NCBI GenBank assembly: GCA_004431415.1
Contig: QPMI01000601.1
Coordinates: forward strand, 186,001-250,000
From: Cyanophora paradoxa CCMP329
Lineage: Eukaryota; Plantae; Glaucophyta
Length of the DNA stretch: 64,000 bases
Direction of reading: 5' to 3'
The position numbers and the translations under genes were made by a program. Below are positions 21,478 through 34,410 of this stretch, in pieces (position 1 is the first letter of the stretch; every line of letters begins with the position of its first letter). Below the pieces are notes generated by a model that was not told the DNA's origin, made no database searches, and worked only from the letters and a program-made list of their open reading frames with translations.

Positions 21478-24400
21478 ATGGCGGCGGGGACCGTCGGAAC
21501 GGCGCTGTCGCGCACAGAGACTCTTCTTTGCTTCGGCAAGCTGCGAATGCGCGACGGTGACCGCAACATCATCGCTGGGGAGATCAATTTGTACCATGAG
21601 ATGGACCTCGGGCGCTGCCACCTGGTCAGAACGATAGGCCCCAATTGCAAGCATTGGTGCAAGCAAGCGTCCGCGCGTACTCTTCGGCTCCAAGCGGCTC
21701 CGAGGGGGGCGGAGATTACGCTCCTCAGCCAGAAGGTTCGAATTCGCCGCCGCTGCCGAGGCTCGCATGCAAGGCATTGCAAGCCCCGGATGATCTGCGT
21801 GAGAGCTTCAGCTCACTTCGAATGCTGCAGATATTCGCGCAGGCCCGGCTGGTCTGGGTGGTCGAGGATCCCGCCGGAACTCGAACAGAGCTGACGAGAA
21901 ATGGCGAGAGTGCGTTCGCCCGCGCTATGCTTGAGCTGCAAATAATCTAAGAGAATTTGGCAGGCGCGCATATCTCGTGCGGATACACGCTCGCCCTGGA
22001 GCAGCAAACGGGACGCCCCGAGGCATGGACAGCCGTGCAGCGCGCTTCGTGGCAGCTCGAAGTTTTTGCCGAGCCCCTCCGCCTCCCGGCAATATTGATC
22101 GAAGACCCGCCGGGCGCCGCGGCCGTGTCGGCCTCGCAGTCCTGGGCCGACGGCGCGACGCAGTCCTGGGGCGGCGCCACGCAGGCCGACGACTTCGCCA
22201 TGACCCAGCCGATGGTGCGCGCGCGCCCGGAAGGAAGCTCGCGCTTGCGCGGCTCACCTTACCACCGACATTGCAGCATGCGGCGCCGACTGCGCCGATG
22301 GCCCCTCCGCCGCCTGCGCCCATGGGCCCGCCGCCGCCCGTGACGCCTCAGGGCGCCAGGCGGCCCGCGGGCGAGGCTCCGGAGTCGGAGCCGGAGCCGA
22401 AGCGCCCGAGGTGCCCGCCCCGTGCGCCGCTCTACGGCCGCCGCTGACGCGCCGGCGGGGCAGGCTGGACTGGGCGGAGGCGGCGCGGGGCGCGGCGGAG
22501 AAGCCGCCCCTGGCGTGGTCGCCCCTGGAGCTCGCCGGCGTCATCCACGGCCTGATCGCCCGTGCGCCGCCCGCCGCCTCGCTCGGCGCCCCCCGGGCCC
22601 GACCAGCGGCCGGCCGGCAGCGGGGTACCCCGACGCGGAGGACGGGGCGATGTGGGAGGAGGTGTGCCGGCGGCTGTGCGCGGAGAAGGTGCGGGTGAGG
22701 GCGCTGCGGAACGCGGACGCCGTGCTCGCGCCGCTGGGCTTGAAGGAGGTCGGCCCGCGGGAGGAGCTGCGCGCCGTCTTCGAGGAGATCCTCGCCCGCG
22801 TCTACCCGCAGGCCCCCGGCCCCAGCCAGGGCCCCGCCCTCCCCCTCCCCGGCCCGGAGGCCCCCGAGGCGGCGCGTCTTCCCTGGCCCGCCCCGGCGCC
22901 CTCCCAGGCCCTCCCCGGCCTCGATCCCTCCCAGGCGCCCTTCCAGCCGCCAGCGCTCTCCCCGCCCGCCCCCTCGGCGCCGATGGCGCAGCCCGAAGCG
23001 TCGGACGCGGAGCGCGCCGGCGCCGAGTCGCCCGCCCGCAGCCCGACCGCGGCGGCGGAGTCGACGACGCCGGGGCCGGCGGGGGCGGCCGGCGGTGGGG
23101 CGGGGCCCTCGCCCGGCCTCGTGCGCCTCGAGGAGGGGAGGAGCGGGAGGAGGGCAGCCCGCAGGCGCCGCCCAAGAAGCCGGCAGCCGCCTCGGGGCCT
23201 GACCCGGAGGCTCCCGCGCCGCCGGCGGAGGCGGCCGCGGCTGCGGCGCCCGGCGGCGGCCCCGCGGGGGAGGCCCCGGAGGCCCCCGCAAGGACAGCGC
23301 CCGCGCCCGCAGTCCGGCCCCAGGCGCTCCCGGACATCCCGCGCTTCCCCCCCGGTTCTCCCGCCCTTACTTTGCGGTACCCTCCGCCAGTCCTGACGGG
23401 GGGGCGCAGAGGTGGGGACGGAGGCGGTGAAGGGGGTGGAGGTCGTCGTCGGGAAGGTCCGGGCGGCGCTCGGGGAGGGGGCGATAGGCCCGGCCCGCGC
23501 CCGCGCCTTCCTGCAGCAGGCCGGCCAGCTCGCCGCGGCGGCGGAGCGGGCGGCCCAGCCCGTCACCGTCGGCGTCGTCGGCATCTCCGGCGCCGGTCCG
23601 CCCCCGCCCGTCCCTTCTTCCGTCCCGAGCGCCGGTCCAGACAGGGGGGGTACCGCAGGCAAGAGCTCGCTCCTGAACGCGGTGCTGGGGGAGGGCACTG
23701 TGCTCCCCACTTCGGGGATTCAGGCCTGCACCGCCTCCAAAGTACCCCTCCCCCTCCCCCTTTCTGTACCCCCGGCCGAGTCCTCCCCCCCTTCCCGCCG
23801 CTCAGATCTTCGTGACCCGAACCGAACCCGCGCCGGGCGTGGAGCGCCCCTTCTGTGCCGAGGTCCGGTTCGTGGACTCGAAGAAGGTGGCGTACCCCCC
23901 TCCCCCGCCCCCTCTCCATTCCTCAACGCGGCGGCAGTGGGAGGAGGGCGTGCGGCGCTTCCTGGAGTCGATCCGCGACGAGGAGACCGGGCGCCTCGAC
24001 CCCAAGCGGTACCCCCCCTCCCCTCCCTCCTCCCTTCTCCCCCTCGCCCCGGCCTCACCGCCGCGCCAGGGCGAGGAAGGAGCTGGCGAAGGAGAAGCAG
24101 GCCGTGACGGCGGTCTACGGCAAGATCGCCGAGTGGGACGAGCTGGTGGCGCTCCCCGCCGGCAGGTGCCCCGCCCCGCCTCCCCCCGCCCCCTCGCCTT
24201 TGATCGACCCTGCACCCCAGGAGGGCGATGCGGGGGGCGGGGAAGGGGAAGAGCACGCGGGCGAGGGCGGCGGGGGCGCTGCACGGCTGGGTGCAGCGCT
24301 TCACGGAGGCGCCGGTGACGAAGACGGGCCGGCGGCAGCGGAGGGGCGGGCAGCTCTGGCCCCTCGTCGAGGAGGTCCGCCTCGAGGGCCCCTTCCGCGG

Positions 24401-27400
24401 CCTCGCCCCCGGCGTCCGCCTCGTGGTGCGGCGCGCGCGTACCCCCCCTGAGCCTCCCCGCCCGCCCGCCGGCGACGCGGCGCCGACGGGGGCGCGCGCA
24501 GGACCTGCCGGGCGTGGAGGACCAGAACGCGGCCCGCGTGCAGGCGCGCGCCTCCCGGGGGCCCCGCCCTCGCCCCTGCACCTCCCGTGACGCCGGGCTC
24601 AGGTGACGCTGGACTTCATGAAGTCGTGCAGCCTGCTCCTCGTCGTCTCCTCCGCCCACCGCGCCTCCGACGAGAAGGCCCGATCGGAGTACCCCCCGAG
24701 GCGGCAACCCCCTGGACCTGAGGCGGCGGGGCGGGGCGCAGACGGCGTGGGAGGTGCTCGGCTCGACCTTCCGGCGGCAGCTCCTCATGGACGGCGCCTG
24801 CGACGGCCTCGCCTTCGTCGCCACCAAGTACCCTCTTTCGTCGATTCGCGTACCCGCCCGCGGCGCGGGCGGCTGATGCGAGTCGGGGCAGGGCGGACCA
24901 GGGGGAGGCCTCGGAGCTGCGGCGCAACCTGCGCATGGGCCGCCCCGCGGCCGAGGAAAGCGAGGAGGAGGAGGATGGGGCGGAGGGGGAGGGGGAGGGG
25001 GGCGAGGGGGAGGCCGAGGAGGGCGGGGATGAGGACTGGGGCGAGGAGGAGGAGGAGGAGCCGGCCGAAGAGGAGGAGGAGGAGGAGGAGGGCGGGGCGG
25101 GGCCCTCCGAAGGCGGCGGCGGCGCCCCCGACGAAGCGGCCTTCAAGGTGCGCGCCACTCGACGCGGGGGCCGACCGGATCGCGAGCGGGCGCCTGACGG
25201 GGGGCGCTGGCGGGGGCGGGGCAGGCGCGGAACGAGCGGGTGAGGGCGTCGATCCGGCGCAACTTCACTGAATTCCTCCGCGACGCCTACGGCGAGGGCG
25301 AGGGCGACGGCGAGGGCGGGGCCGGGGCCGAGCGGCCGGTGCGAGCCGGCCGCGCGCCCCGCCCCGCCCCTCCGCTGATTGGAGAGCATGTGCAGGGCGG
25401 GGTGCCGGCGGGGCTGGGGGACGCGGGGTCCCTCCCCGTCTTCACGGTCGCCTCCCACGACTTCGCCAAGCTCGCCGGCCGCATGCCCGTCCGCCCTTTT
25501 CCTTTTCCCGCACCTCTCCTGCGGCCGGCGCGGCTGATGGGGCGGGGCGCAGGGGCGGCCGGCGGCCTTCTCAACGCTGGAGGAGACGGAGATCCCCGCC
25601 CTGCGCCTCTTCCTCGCCGAGCGCGCCGGCCTCCTCCGCCGCAAGGCGAGCCCTCTGGCGTCTGCGCGGCGACGCTCGCGTCTCGCTCACCGGGATGGCA
25701 GGCCCTGCGGCGCCTGGCGGCGAGCGGGGGCGCTCTGGCGGAGGCGCTGGCGGCGTACCTCGCCGACCCGGCGGCGCGGGAGGCCTCCGAGAGCGGGCGC
25801 GCCGCCCTCAGGCAGGAGTACCACGCCCTCGCCGGGGCGACCCTCGAGCGCATGCGCGCCGCCGTCGACGTGCGCCGGCTCCCCCTCCCTCCCGCTGCCG
25901 TCCTCTAGGCCTCTGACGGCCCCGGGCCGCAGGCGCGCGCCGCGGAGCTGCGGGAAGCGATCAAGGGGAAACTGCTGCCCGCCATCGCCCAGGGCCGCGC
26001 CCTCGCCGCCTCCAAGTGCCCCCAGGCCGTGCGCCCTCGCCCGCGGCCCCCGCCCCGCCCGCGCCGGGCCCCCCGAGCGGCGGGGCGGGGCGCAGGCGGA
26101 GGACTGGAGCCGCGGGTGCAGGCATTGCATGACCTACCGGGCGACGATGGCGCGCCAGGGCGTGTGGAAGCAGAACGTCAACGAGGTGCCCGGGGGCGTA
26201 GGCCCCGGCCCCGCGAGGCCGGGGCCGACCGGGCCGGGCGGGCGGCAGCTGCTGGCGGAGCCGTTCTACGGCCCCGTGGGGCGCGCCTGGGGCGAGCTCT
26301 TCCAGCACGCCTTTCCCAAGGTCCCGCCGCCCCCCGCGCCGCCTCCGCCCGAGCGAGCCGCGCCGACCCCGCCGCAGATCGCCGGGCTGGTGAAGGCCGA
26401 CCTGGCCGCCCTCGCCGCGTCCCTCCTGCTCGGCGCCCGCGCCGCCGCCGCCAAGTGGGTGCGCCCTCGCCCGCGCCCGCGCGCGCCCCCGCGCCCGGCG
26501 GCGCCTCCCGCCCACAAGCCGCGCCACAGTTCGACACGGCGCGGCTGGCGGAGCAGGAGCCGGCGGCGCTGGGCGCCGTCCGGGCGGCACTGGGCGCCGC
26601 CCTCGACGAGATGGACGCCGAGGTGCGCCCGTACCCCCCCCGAGGGCGGGGCGAGATCGGAGACGTAGACGGGGCGCGCAGGTGCGGGAGCTGCAGAAGC
26701 AGGGCGCCGGCATCGCGCCGGCCGCCGTCAAGTCGGACCTCGCCGACACGTGAGCCACGCCGGCTCCCCCGCGCCCCTCAGCAGGCCGCCCACGCCGCTG
26801 CAGGTACTTGATGGCAGCGGCGGACCGGGGCACGGGCGTCTTCGCGCGCATGCGGGCGGCCTTCGAGGGCCGCGCCCGCTGCGAGTGCCCCGCCGCCGCC
26901 TTCGGCGACGCCGAGCGCGAGGTGCCGGCCCCGGCCCGCGCGCCCCCCGCTCTCTTCCCCCGCCCACGCCTGCCCGCCCGCCCCGCCGCCCCGCAGTTCG
27001 CCGCCCTCTTCAACTCGATCCTGGCGGTCTTCGCGGCCAAGTCCAACGAGGCGGGCCCGCCCTCTCTTGCGCTCCGGCGGCGCCGCTCAGCTCGCGCAGG
27101 CGGCGGCGGCGGGCGTGGGTGCGGCCGAGCCGTACTTCGCGGGCCTCTGGGAGCAGCAGCCGGCCGACCCGCCCGCCCTCCACGTGCGCCCCTCTGCACC
27201 CGCCCCGCCCCGCTCGGCCCCTCGCGAGCGAGCGCCGCGGGGCGGGGACGCGCGCAGAGGGCGCGGCAGCACGCGCGGGAGGCGACGGCGCGGGCGGCGA
27301 TGGTCCTCCGCCTCGGTGCGCGGCCGCCCCGCTGGCTCGAGCTCGCCGTCGTTCGGCGCTCACGCCGCGCCGCAGTCGAGCACGTCACCGGCGGCGCCGC

Positions 27401-28034
27401 GGCGCCGACGGCCCCGCCGGGGCGCCGCGGGAGGGGCCCTCGGCTCGGGCGCCGCGGCGCAGCCGCAGGCGAGCGCGGCGCAGCAACCGCAGGCCCCGGG
27501 CCCGACGGCACCGGCGGCCCCGGGCGAGGTGCCGCGCGCGCTCCCCAGGCTCGCGGCCATCGAGATCCCTCACCCGCCCCCTCGCCGCGCACAGGTCGCC
27601 AGTTCCTCACCCGGCGGCGAGGGGGCGGCGCGGGGCGCGCACGGGCTCGTGCCGATCAAGCGCGAGCCCGGGGAGGACGCCGGGGAGGAGGAGCGGAGGC
27701 CGGCCGCCCAGGCGGCGCCGCGGCCCGGGCCGCCGGGGCCCTCCGCGCCGCAGCTGGTGCAAGTGAAGGTGTTCCCCCCTGCAACAGTTCCCGCCCCAGC
27801 GCAGGCTCCCCTGCAGCCGCCCCCCATCCCCCCGCCGACGGCGCCGCGGAGCGAGCTCACGGCGAACTACGTCCTGCCGCCGGTCACGAGGTGCCCGAAG
27901 GCCGGCTGCGCCACCGAGTTCCCGCCCTCGGACTTCTACGTGCACTGCCCGAGGTGCCGCTTGTACTTGTTCGCCGGCGTCTTGAAGGCCTCGCCCGCCG
28001 GCCGCAGTCTTCTTGCTCGGTATTCTCGCTGCTA
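21478..28034 (+). CDS. Dynamin-like GTPase of nuclear GTPase SLIP-GC (NUGGC) type, multi-exon
   Basis: VTVGVVGISGA|GKSSLLNAVLGEGTVLPTSGIQACTA, LWPLVEEVRLEGP..GVRLV|DLPGVEDQNAAR, FVATK, helical C-terminus, and terminal CPKAGC..CPRC Zn-ribbon. N-terminal boundary tentative. Confidence 0.8.
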
Positions 28035-28410
28035 GTGCTCAGTGAGGTTGTGACGGCTGAAGGCTGCTGAATGAATGCGACCCAATGAAAGATATCGCGA
28101 CTCACCGAAGCACGAATGATCATGCATGCGGCCACCGGTGCCTATCAGTGGCTAGTACACTGGCTACCACCGGCGCCGGCGAGGAAACTAGGCCTAGGCC
28201 TAGGCCTTCGATTCAAATTTTAAAGGCTTGTCGTCTCGAGCTCGAGCTCACGTCGACGTCGACTCGAGCTCGAGCTAAATATTAATGTGATGAATTCAAA
28301 TTCCGAATTCGAGATAATTGTATAACACCAGCGATATCTGGCGCTTAGGCGGCGACGTGCTGAGGCGACGTGCGGGTAGTCGCCGGGTACGTGAAAGAAG
28401 TGAACGAAGA

Positions 28411-30620
28411 ATGGCGGCCGCGGACGAGCTGTCAATCGATATCATCAGCAGCTTTCTCGCCAAGCTCGACGTGGTGGAGCGGTGCCGCTGCGGGGCGACG
28501 TGCAGGCGCTGGCGAAGGGCCGCCGCACAGCCGCCCTTCTCTGAAGAGCTCGTCATCGCGTGCGCGGCCAGCCCGCGCGTCCGTTGAGTCGCGTCGAGCA
28601 ACTTCGGCGAGCAGCGTCGCGGGGGATGTGCCTGACGGGGACGTACGGTCCGGGTTGGCGGAGGGGCAGTCGGAGCTCACCGCCCAGCTGACTAAAAGGT
28701 ACGCGGGCGTGCGCAGGTGACGCCTTGTCTGACTAGTGGAGCAGGAACGCGCAGCTAAGATTTCTGGGCATGACTGAAGAGGCCGAGGCGAACGAGCGGC
28801 TGCTTGCGGCGGTGGGGGCCGCAGGACGGCGCGCCCTCTCCGTGGCGCACGCTGCGGCGGCCATGCGCTCCGCCGCGTGCGCGGGCGTGCGGCGGGTTAC
28901 GCTCACCGGTGCGTTCGGTTCTGCGAGCCCGCGAGGCCCTGCCTTCTCAGAGTCTTAGTACCGAAGCTTAAGGGCCGCGTGCGCGCGCCAGTGCTGCTGG
29001 CGCGGCCGGGCAGCTGGCAGAGCGGCGGGCTTCCCGCGCTGCGAGGCCTCGCCGAGTCGCTGCCCGAAGGGACCGAGGAGCTCGAGGTCAACTGCCCGGG
29101 CGCCGTCCGTGCGCCCCCCCCGCCCGCCCGCCCGCCGCCGATCGCGAGGCGCCGCCCGCCCCGCAGGCTGACGTCGGCGGCCTCGCGCCGCGCAGCACTC
29201 AGCACGTACTCGCCCAAGGCCATCGTGGCGGGCCTCGCGCTGCGCGAGGCCGCCCCCGCCTCCGCTCCGTCGCGCTCCGCATCGCCGCCGGCGCCCTGGG
29301 CGCAACCGACCAGGCCCGCCGCCCGCCGTCGAGCTTCCCCGCCCTTGAGCTCACGCGCGCGCGCCCGGCAGGTGCCTCCCGCGGCGACAGAGCGCGCCGG
29401 GTTCGTTCTGCAGTGCGACGGGCCTGCGGCGCTCGCGGCACTGCCGGCCGCGTGCCCCGCCCTCCGCGCCGTCCACCGCCTCGACCTCTCCCTCCCCGCC
29501 GGGCCCCCTCAGGGCCTCGCCGCCCTCGCCGCCACGGGCCTCCGCTGCCGCCAGCTCTCCGTCCGTACCCCTCCCACCCCCCTTCCCCTGCTCGCTCCCG
29601 TGACGCCGCGACGCCGCCAGGTGCGGGGCCCTTCGGCGAGGGGCCGAGGGCGGAGCTGCGCGGCGCGGCCGCCGCGGCGGCGCTGGCGGCGCTGCTCTCC
29701 GACCCGGCGCCCGACTTCGGGGCGCCGGCCCCGGCCCTCCGCGCCCTCGTCCTGGAGAAGTGCGCGCTGCCCGAGGCGCGGGAGTGGCCCCCGGGCGCCC
29801 TCCGCGGCCTCCAGCGGTGCGGCGCCGGCCCCGGCCCCGGGGCGCCCCCCGGTGCGCTCGTGCTGCGCGGCGACGCGCCCGCCTCCCAGGCTGGAAGTGC
29901 GGGACTGCGCGCTGGACGCCGCCCAGGTCTCCTGGCTCTTCGGTGCGCCCCCTCGAAGGCGGCCCGCTCGGAGACACCGCTCACCCCAGCCTCCCCAGGG
30001 GGCGACCACGCTCCGACTCTGCAGCAGCTCGAGCTGCAGGCCCGCCAAACCCCCCCCCTCCCCCCCCCCCCCCCCCCCCCCCCCCAACCCCCTGCCTCCG
30101 CCCCGCCCCTCTAAACGCCATGCACCCCCGCAGGTCTCTCTCGACGGAGTCCCACCCCGTGCGTTCGGTCCTCTCGACACGTGTACCCCCCGCACACCTT
30201 ATAATTTAATAATTATATTACCCCCCGTTTTCAGGCGCCCTCGCAGCAGCCGCGGAGGCTCTGCCGGAGGGTACCGCCGTGAAACTCTACGTGAGCATGG
30301 TCGGTTCCTGTACCTCTCCGGCTTCAGAGCCCCATTTTACCATCCCTTCTCTTTTTCTCCCGCAGACGTGGTCCGAGGAGGAGTCGGGGGCTCTGCTCGA
30401 GGCGATCGGTGCCCCCGCCTCGCCCCTCGCCCCCCGCTGCCCGCCTCGGAGCGTGACGCGCGTCGGACGCGCGCGCAGCCGCCTCGCCGCGCCTGGCGGG
30501 GGCCGTCGACGTGCCCTTCGCGCCCGCGGGGAAGCGCGCGCGCGCCTCCTACGACCGCTACTGGGGGCGCCCGCCCTCCAAATCCCCGCGCCGGCGCCGG
30601 GGGCCCGCTCGGCAGGCTAG
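28411..30620 (+). CDS. F-box protein with LRR-like C-terminus
   Basis: MAAADELSIDIISSFLAKLDVVERCRCGATCRRWRRAA; later LPAACPALRAVHRLDLS and LRALVLEKCAL. 3' end approximate. Confidence 0.7.
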
Positions 30621-30752
30621 GGTCGAGGGGGGTGAGGGGCGCGGCAGGATGTGGTGGGGAAGCCACCGGCACATATGCATCATCTGTCTCTCTGCTAGGC
30701 TGTTTCATTGCAGTTACACATCAATCGATATCTACAGAGTAATTACACGTAT

Positions 30753-30813
30753 GTATGGCTGCCACGGCAGCCTTGCTTACAGCAAGCTAAGCACAACATG
30801 TCTTGTCATGAAG
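30753..30813 (-). repeat. Y repeat, terminal copy (61 bp)
   Basis: GTATGGCTGCCACGGCAGCCTTGC...TCATGAAG, identical to 34572-34632. Confidence 0.95.
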
Positions 30814-31221
30814 TGAAGGTCTAGATTCGCGCTTGCCAAAGCCGCGAAGCTAAGATCATGACTCGCTCGCTCACAAGAAGGGCAAGCTGCAACTGCGCTC
30901 GAGGACATCAGCTAGCGCACGCTGCAGAGTGAGTCTTGCGGACGTAGAATGATTGAACATTAGTGATCAATTGTTGATCAATTATTCATCAAAAGATATC
31001 AATGGTTGGCACTAACAATGGCTTAAAGATGACTGAAGGCATAGTAAACAATGGGCATTGCTAACACACATTGAAAGCGGCTAAGCAAAGCCGCTCGAGC
31101 GGCTAGGGAACAAGCCGCTCAGCAAGTTACACAGCTTGCCCTCGCTTGTGAGCGAGGGAGACAAGCGCCGACAGCACAGCAAAGGCGCACAACTGCGAAG
31201 CAAGACTCTAAGACGAGACAA

Positions 31222-32222
31222 TCAACTACTGCGCCGAGTACGCGCGACTTGCTGCCGACATGACTGCAGCGAAGCTGACGGGCCAGCGTAACGAGCACCA
31301 GGCCTAGCCATGAGCGCAGCCAAGGGCGGGCGCTCAGCAGAATCGATATAGCGTCGGTAGACCGCTGACAACAAAGACCAGCGACCAACCGCTTGAACAA
31401 GCTCTTCAGGCACGCCCGCAGCAGCCAGAGCAGTAGCTCCACCGCGACGCAAGCCATGAGGTGTGATACCAGTGGCGTCCAAGCCCGCCGCGTCAAATGC
31501 GAACCGGAGAACATAGGCCACGGTCTGAGCTGACAGAGAACGAGCTGCGTCCCGAAGCTGCCCAAAAAGAGGTGCGCCCGGATCCGCGAGCGCTAGAGTC
31601 CGCAAGTAGGTTCGAAACCAGAACACCGGACAGATGACCGACTCTGGGACGGCGCCCAAGACAACTTGCGCGCCTTGGCGACGACGATCGGTCTTGGAAC
31701 CGGCAATGAAGAGCACGACGCGATCCGCGCGGATGGACACATCTTGCCGCCGGAGTGCCACGATTTCGCCACGCCGCAACAGGCCAAAGAAACCGGTAAG
31801 CAACATCACAAGGGCGCGAAGGAGCTTGTTTGAGGGGAACGAGCGTAGGTACGAGCAATCGCCTCCAGGTGGACGGACGTGACCAATGCAGATTGCTTTG
31901 CTGGTTTTCCACAAAGTCGGGCGATTCCTTGCAATGTTTGCAGCACAAGGGGGTGAGCAAATGCAGTAGTAGGCAACATCCTCTGCCTTGTCTGATGTAG
32001 CAGAGCAGAGTGACACTGGTCAATTGCTGAGAGACCGTACTCTTCATCAGCAAGAGCCACCAGCAGTGTTGCGACGCCAGAAGCTGTTGGTGGCCAGGCT
32101 GGAATGCAGTGAACCGCGCAATGGCCTTCATAGAGGACGACCCAGCGGGCGTAGAGGCTTTGGGTTCGCTCGCTCACAGAGTTTGTTCTGTAGAAAGTGA
32201 CCCGGTTGAGCAGATCAGCCAT
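31222..32222 (-). CDS. Tyrosine recombinase of the retrotransposon (1-nt frameshift at ~31835)
   Basis: N-terminal ORF 31806-32222 joins ORF 31222-32016 if one C is added in the C4 run. Catalytic LLRRGE, SKTD, HGLRRGGA, GRW and YRRY are present. Confidence 0.9.
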
Positions 32223-32377
32223 ACGAGCACCTGCATCACCAGAGTCAAGGGTATGTCAGACTACATTTCTTCTTCTTCTTTTTAAAGCCCCCACTCAAGC
32301 TTTCTATCCCTGTTGCTGGACAAAGTAAGCTGAGCAGAGATGAGCAGGAGTTGAATTCTGCAGCAAGAGCCTTCAAT

Positions 32378-34342
32378 CTACTCCCACGACACATAAAGAG
32401 CAACAAGAATCCAGGAAGGTAACTGTGCCGAGCGAGGCCCGCGATAGCACACGTCATATGCTGGGCCAAGCACCATTGCAGGTGCACGCAAGGCAAGCTG
32501 CAACTGTGGCCACCATGGAGCTGAGGGCCACTGAGGGACAATAAAAACTGCCGAGGCCCTACACTGGCGGACATGTGACACAAGGTGCAAGAGGACATTT
32601 GGGTCCGGAAAGACGTAATTACGAGCACCACGCCAGGTTGCTGTAAAGCAATCATATCCTTCAGCATGTCGATCATTCAAATCAATGGAAAAGTATCGAT
32701 TTAGGTGAGTGTTGGCTGATGAGGCCATACGATCAATATCAAAAGGTCCAAATGTCCGACTGACCATGGCAAAATACCCAGGTTTCAAAGAGTAGTCGGC
32801 GGGGTAAAAGTAGCGACTCAAAGCATCGGACCACTCATTGTCAACACCAGGAATGTGTTCTGCTTCAATGCTGATGCAATTGAGCAGAGCAATATCCCAA
32901 ATTGCTGCTGCAACTCGGCAAAGGTATTCATGTCTTCCGCCACCATTGTTGATGTAGGCCACAGTCACTGTGTTGTCCGAGCGAACTAAGATGTTCTGAT
33001 TGCGCAATAAACCTTGATAGTGCTGCATAGCGCGAAGCACTGCCATTAACTCGCGCCACGACGAAATTTGCTGAGCTTCTTCTTGGTTCCACAGGCACTG
33101 GAATGGGGCAGGCTCAAGCTCCCAAGCCACAGGTTGAGCATCACCAATTCGGGTAGTGATCCAGGCTCCTGCACCAACATGGCTTGCATCCGTAGTCAAC
33201 ACAAGGAGCCTTTCAGGCCGAATAGGGCAGCGGCCATTGTATCGGTGGATGTTGGCCAGCCACCACTCAAGTTCCCGACGAGTCTCATTGGTGAGCTCCA
33301 CTGGATGATTCCAATGCCATTCTCTTGCCACGACATTGATGTATCGAAAGAGGGACCTGGTCTTGATGCGAGCTGGAGCCAAGCCCCGTGCCATGGACAC
33401 AAGGGTGCCGGCGACCTTGGCCATTTCACGTGCAGATGCTGATTTCTTTTTCTTCAGAAGCCCTTTGATCAAAGCAAGCAGACGACCAAGCTTGTCTTGG
33501 GGTACTTCAAACAACATGCGGGCGGAGTCCACTATGAAGCCCAAGAAAGCCACCGACTGTGCTGGGGTGAGCTCAGATTTGCTGTTGACCACAAGCTTGA
33601 GGGCAGCAAATGTTTTGAGGACGAAATCCCGCAATTCACAGGCCTTCTCGTAGGTTGGAGCAGCAAACCACCAGTCGTCAACATAGTTCACCACGAAGAT
33701 GCCAAAGCGGCGGAAGTAGTTGACCACTTGTCGCATGATCTTGACGAATGCAAACGGTGAGTGCTTGAGGCCGAAGGGCAAAACTGTGTACACATAGAAT
33801 TTGCTGTCAAACTCAAAGCCCATGTTCCGCCAGTCTTGCGGTGAGACTGGCACGTGGTGGTATCCAGATTCAAGGTCAATAGTGAACATGTACCAGCCTT
33901 GGCGCAGCATGGCTGCAACATGCTCAAGAGTCTCATACTTGAAGGGGATGTCCGGAAGGCCTTTATTGGTAGGCCGGCCATCCCAGATGAGCCGCAACTT
34001 GGATCCAGTCTTCTTGGGCACCACGGACAGTGAGCAGACAATGTTCACTTGAGCTTCTTCAACTTCTCTGATCGCTCCCGTGCGCAAAAGCTTCTGAATT
34101 TCGGTTCTCACAAAGTCCTGATGGTCCACAGCCGCAGACTTGTGGTTGGCCCGGCGCTCTGCTGGCAGCCGCCTCGCTCCTGACAAAGGGAAACCACGCA
34201 AGATCCAGTTGAGCACGACATCATTGGCTCCAATCGCTCTCCACTGTTGGACTGCAGCTTGAATGCAGGATGCAACAAAGCCTCCTGCAAAGTGAGGTGA
34301 GGCCTTGCATTGGCAGACATGCCCAATTATCGCGGTGCCCAT
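32378..34342 (-). CDS. Pol: reverse transcriptase, RNase H and Dam-like methyltransferase domain
   Basis: RT: DLESGYHH, LPFGL, YVDD. RNase H: TTDAS, RELMAV, RSDN, HIPGVDNEWSDALSR. MT: DIDRMAS..N..RYFS..DCFTATW..YVFPDP..VPQWPSAPWWP. Confidence 0.95.
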   Translation of the reverse strand: MGTAIIGHVCQCKASPHFAGGFVASCIQAAVQQWRAIGANDVVLNWILRGFPLSGARRLPAERRANHKSAAVDHQDFVRTEIQKLLRTGAIREVEEAQVNIVCSLSVVPKKTGSKLRLIWDGRPTNKGLPDIPFKYETLEHVAAMLRQGWYMFTIDLESGYHHVPVSPQDWRNMGFEFDSKFYVYTVLPFGLKHSPFAFVKIMRQVVNYFRRFGIFVVNYVDDWWFAAPTYEKACELRDFVLKTFAALKLVVNSKSELTPAQSVAFLGFIVDSARMLFEVPQDKLGRLLALIKGLLKKKKSASAREMAKVAGTLVSMARGLAPARIKTRSLFRYINVVAREWHWNHPVELTNETRRELEWWLANIHRYNGRCPIRPERLLVLTTDASHVGAGAWITTRIGDAQPVAWELEPAPFQCLWNQEEAQQISSWRELMAVLRAMQHYQGLLRNQNILVRSDNTVTVAYINNGGGRHEYLCRVAAAIWDIALLNCISIEAEHIPGVDNEWSDALSRYFYPADYSLKPGYFAMVSRTFGPFDIDRMASSANTHLNRYFSIDLNDRHAEGYDCFTATWRGARNYVFPDPNVLLHLVSHVRQCRASAVFIVPQWPSAPWWPQLQLALRAPAMVLGPAYDVCYRGPRSAQLPSWILVALYVSWE

Positions 34343-34410
34343 CTAGCACTGCTACAGCTGATGGTCCATGCAGCCGCTGGCTTGAAGATGGTGACACGCG
34401 AACGGGAAGA

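Noticed and set aside
30050-30085. Long poly-C tracts (also ~47600, ~49830, ~57010) as functional elements
   Set aside because: Common intronic homopolymers in this genome, with unreliable lengths.
31830-31840. Programmed frameshift in the recombinase
   Set aside because: It falls in a homopolymer, like other apparent 1-nt indels in host genes (e.g. ~15021). A sequencing error or private mutation is more likely.
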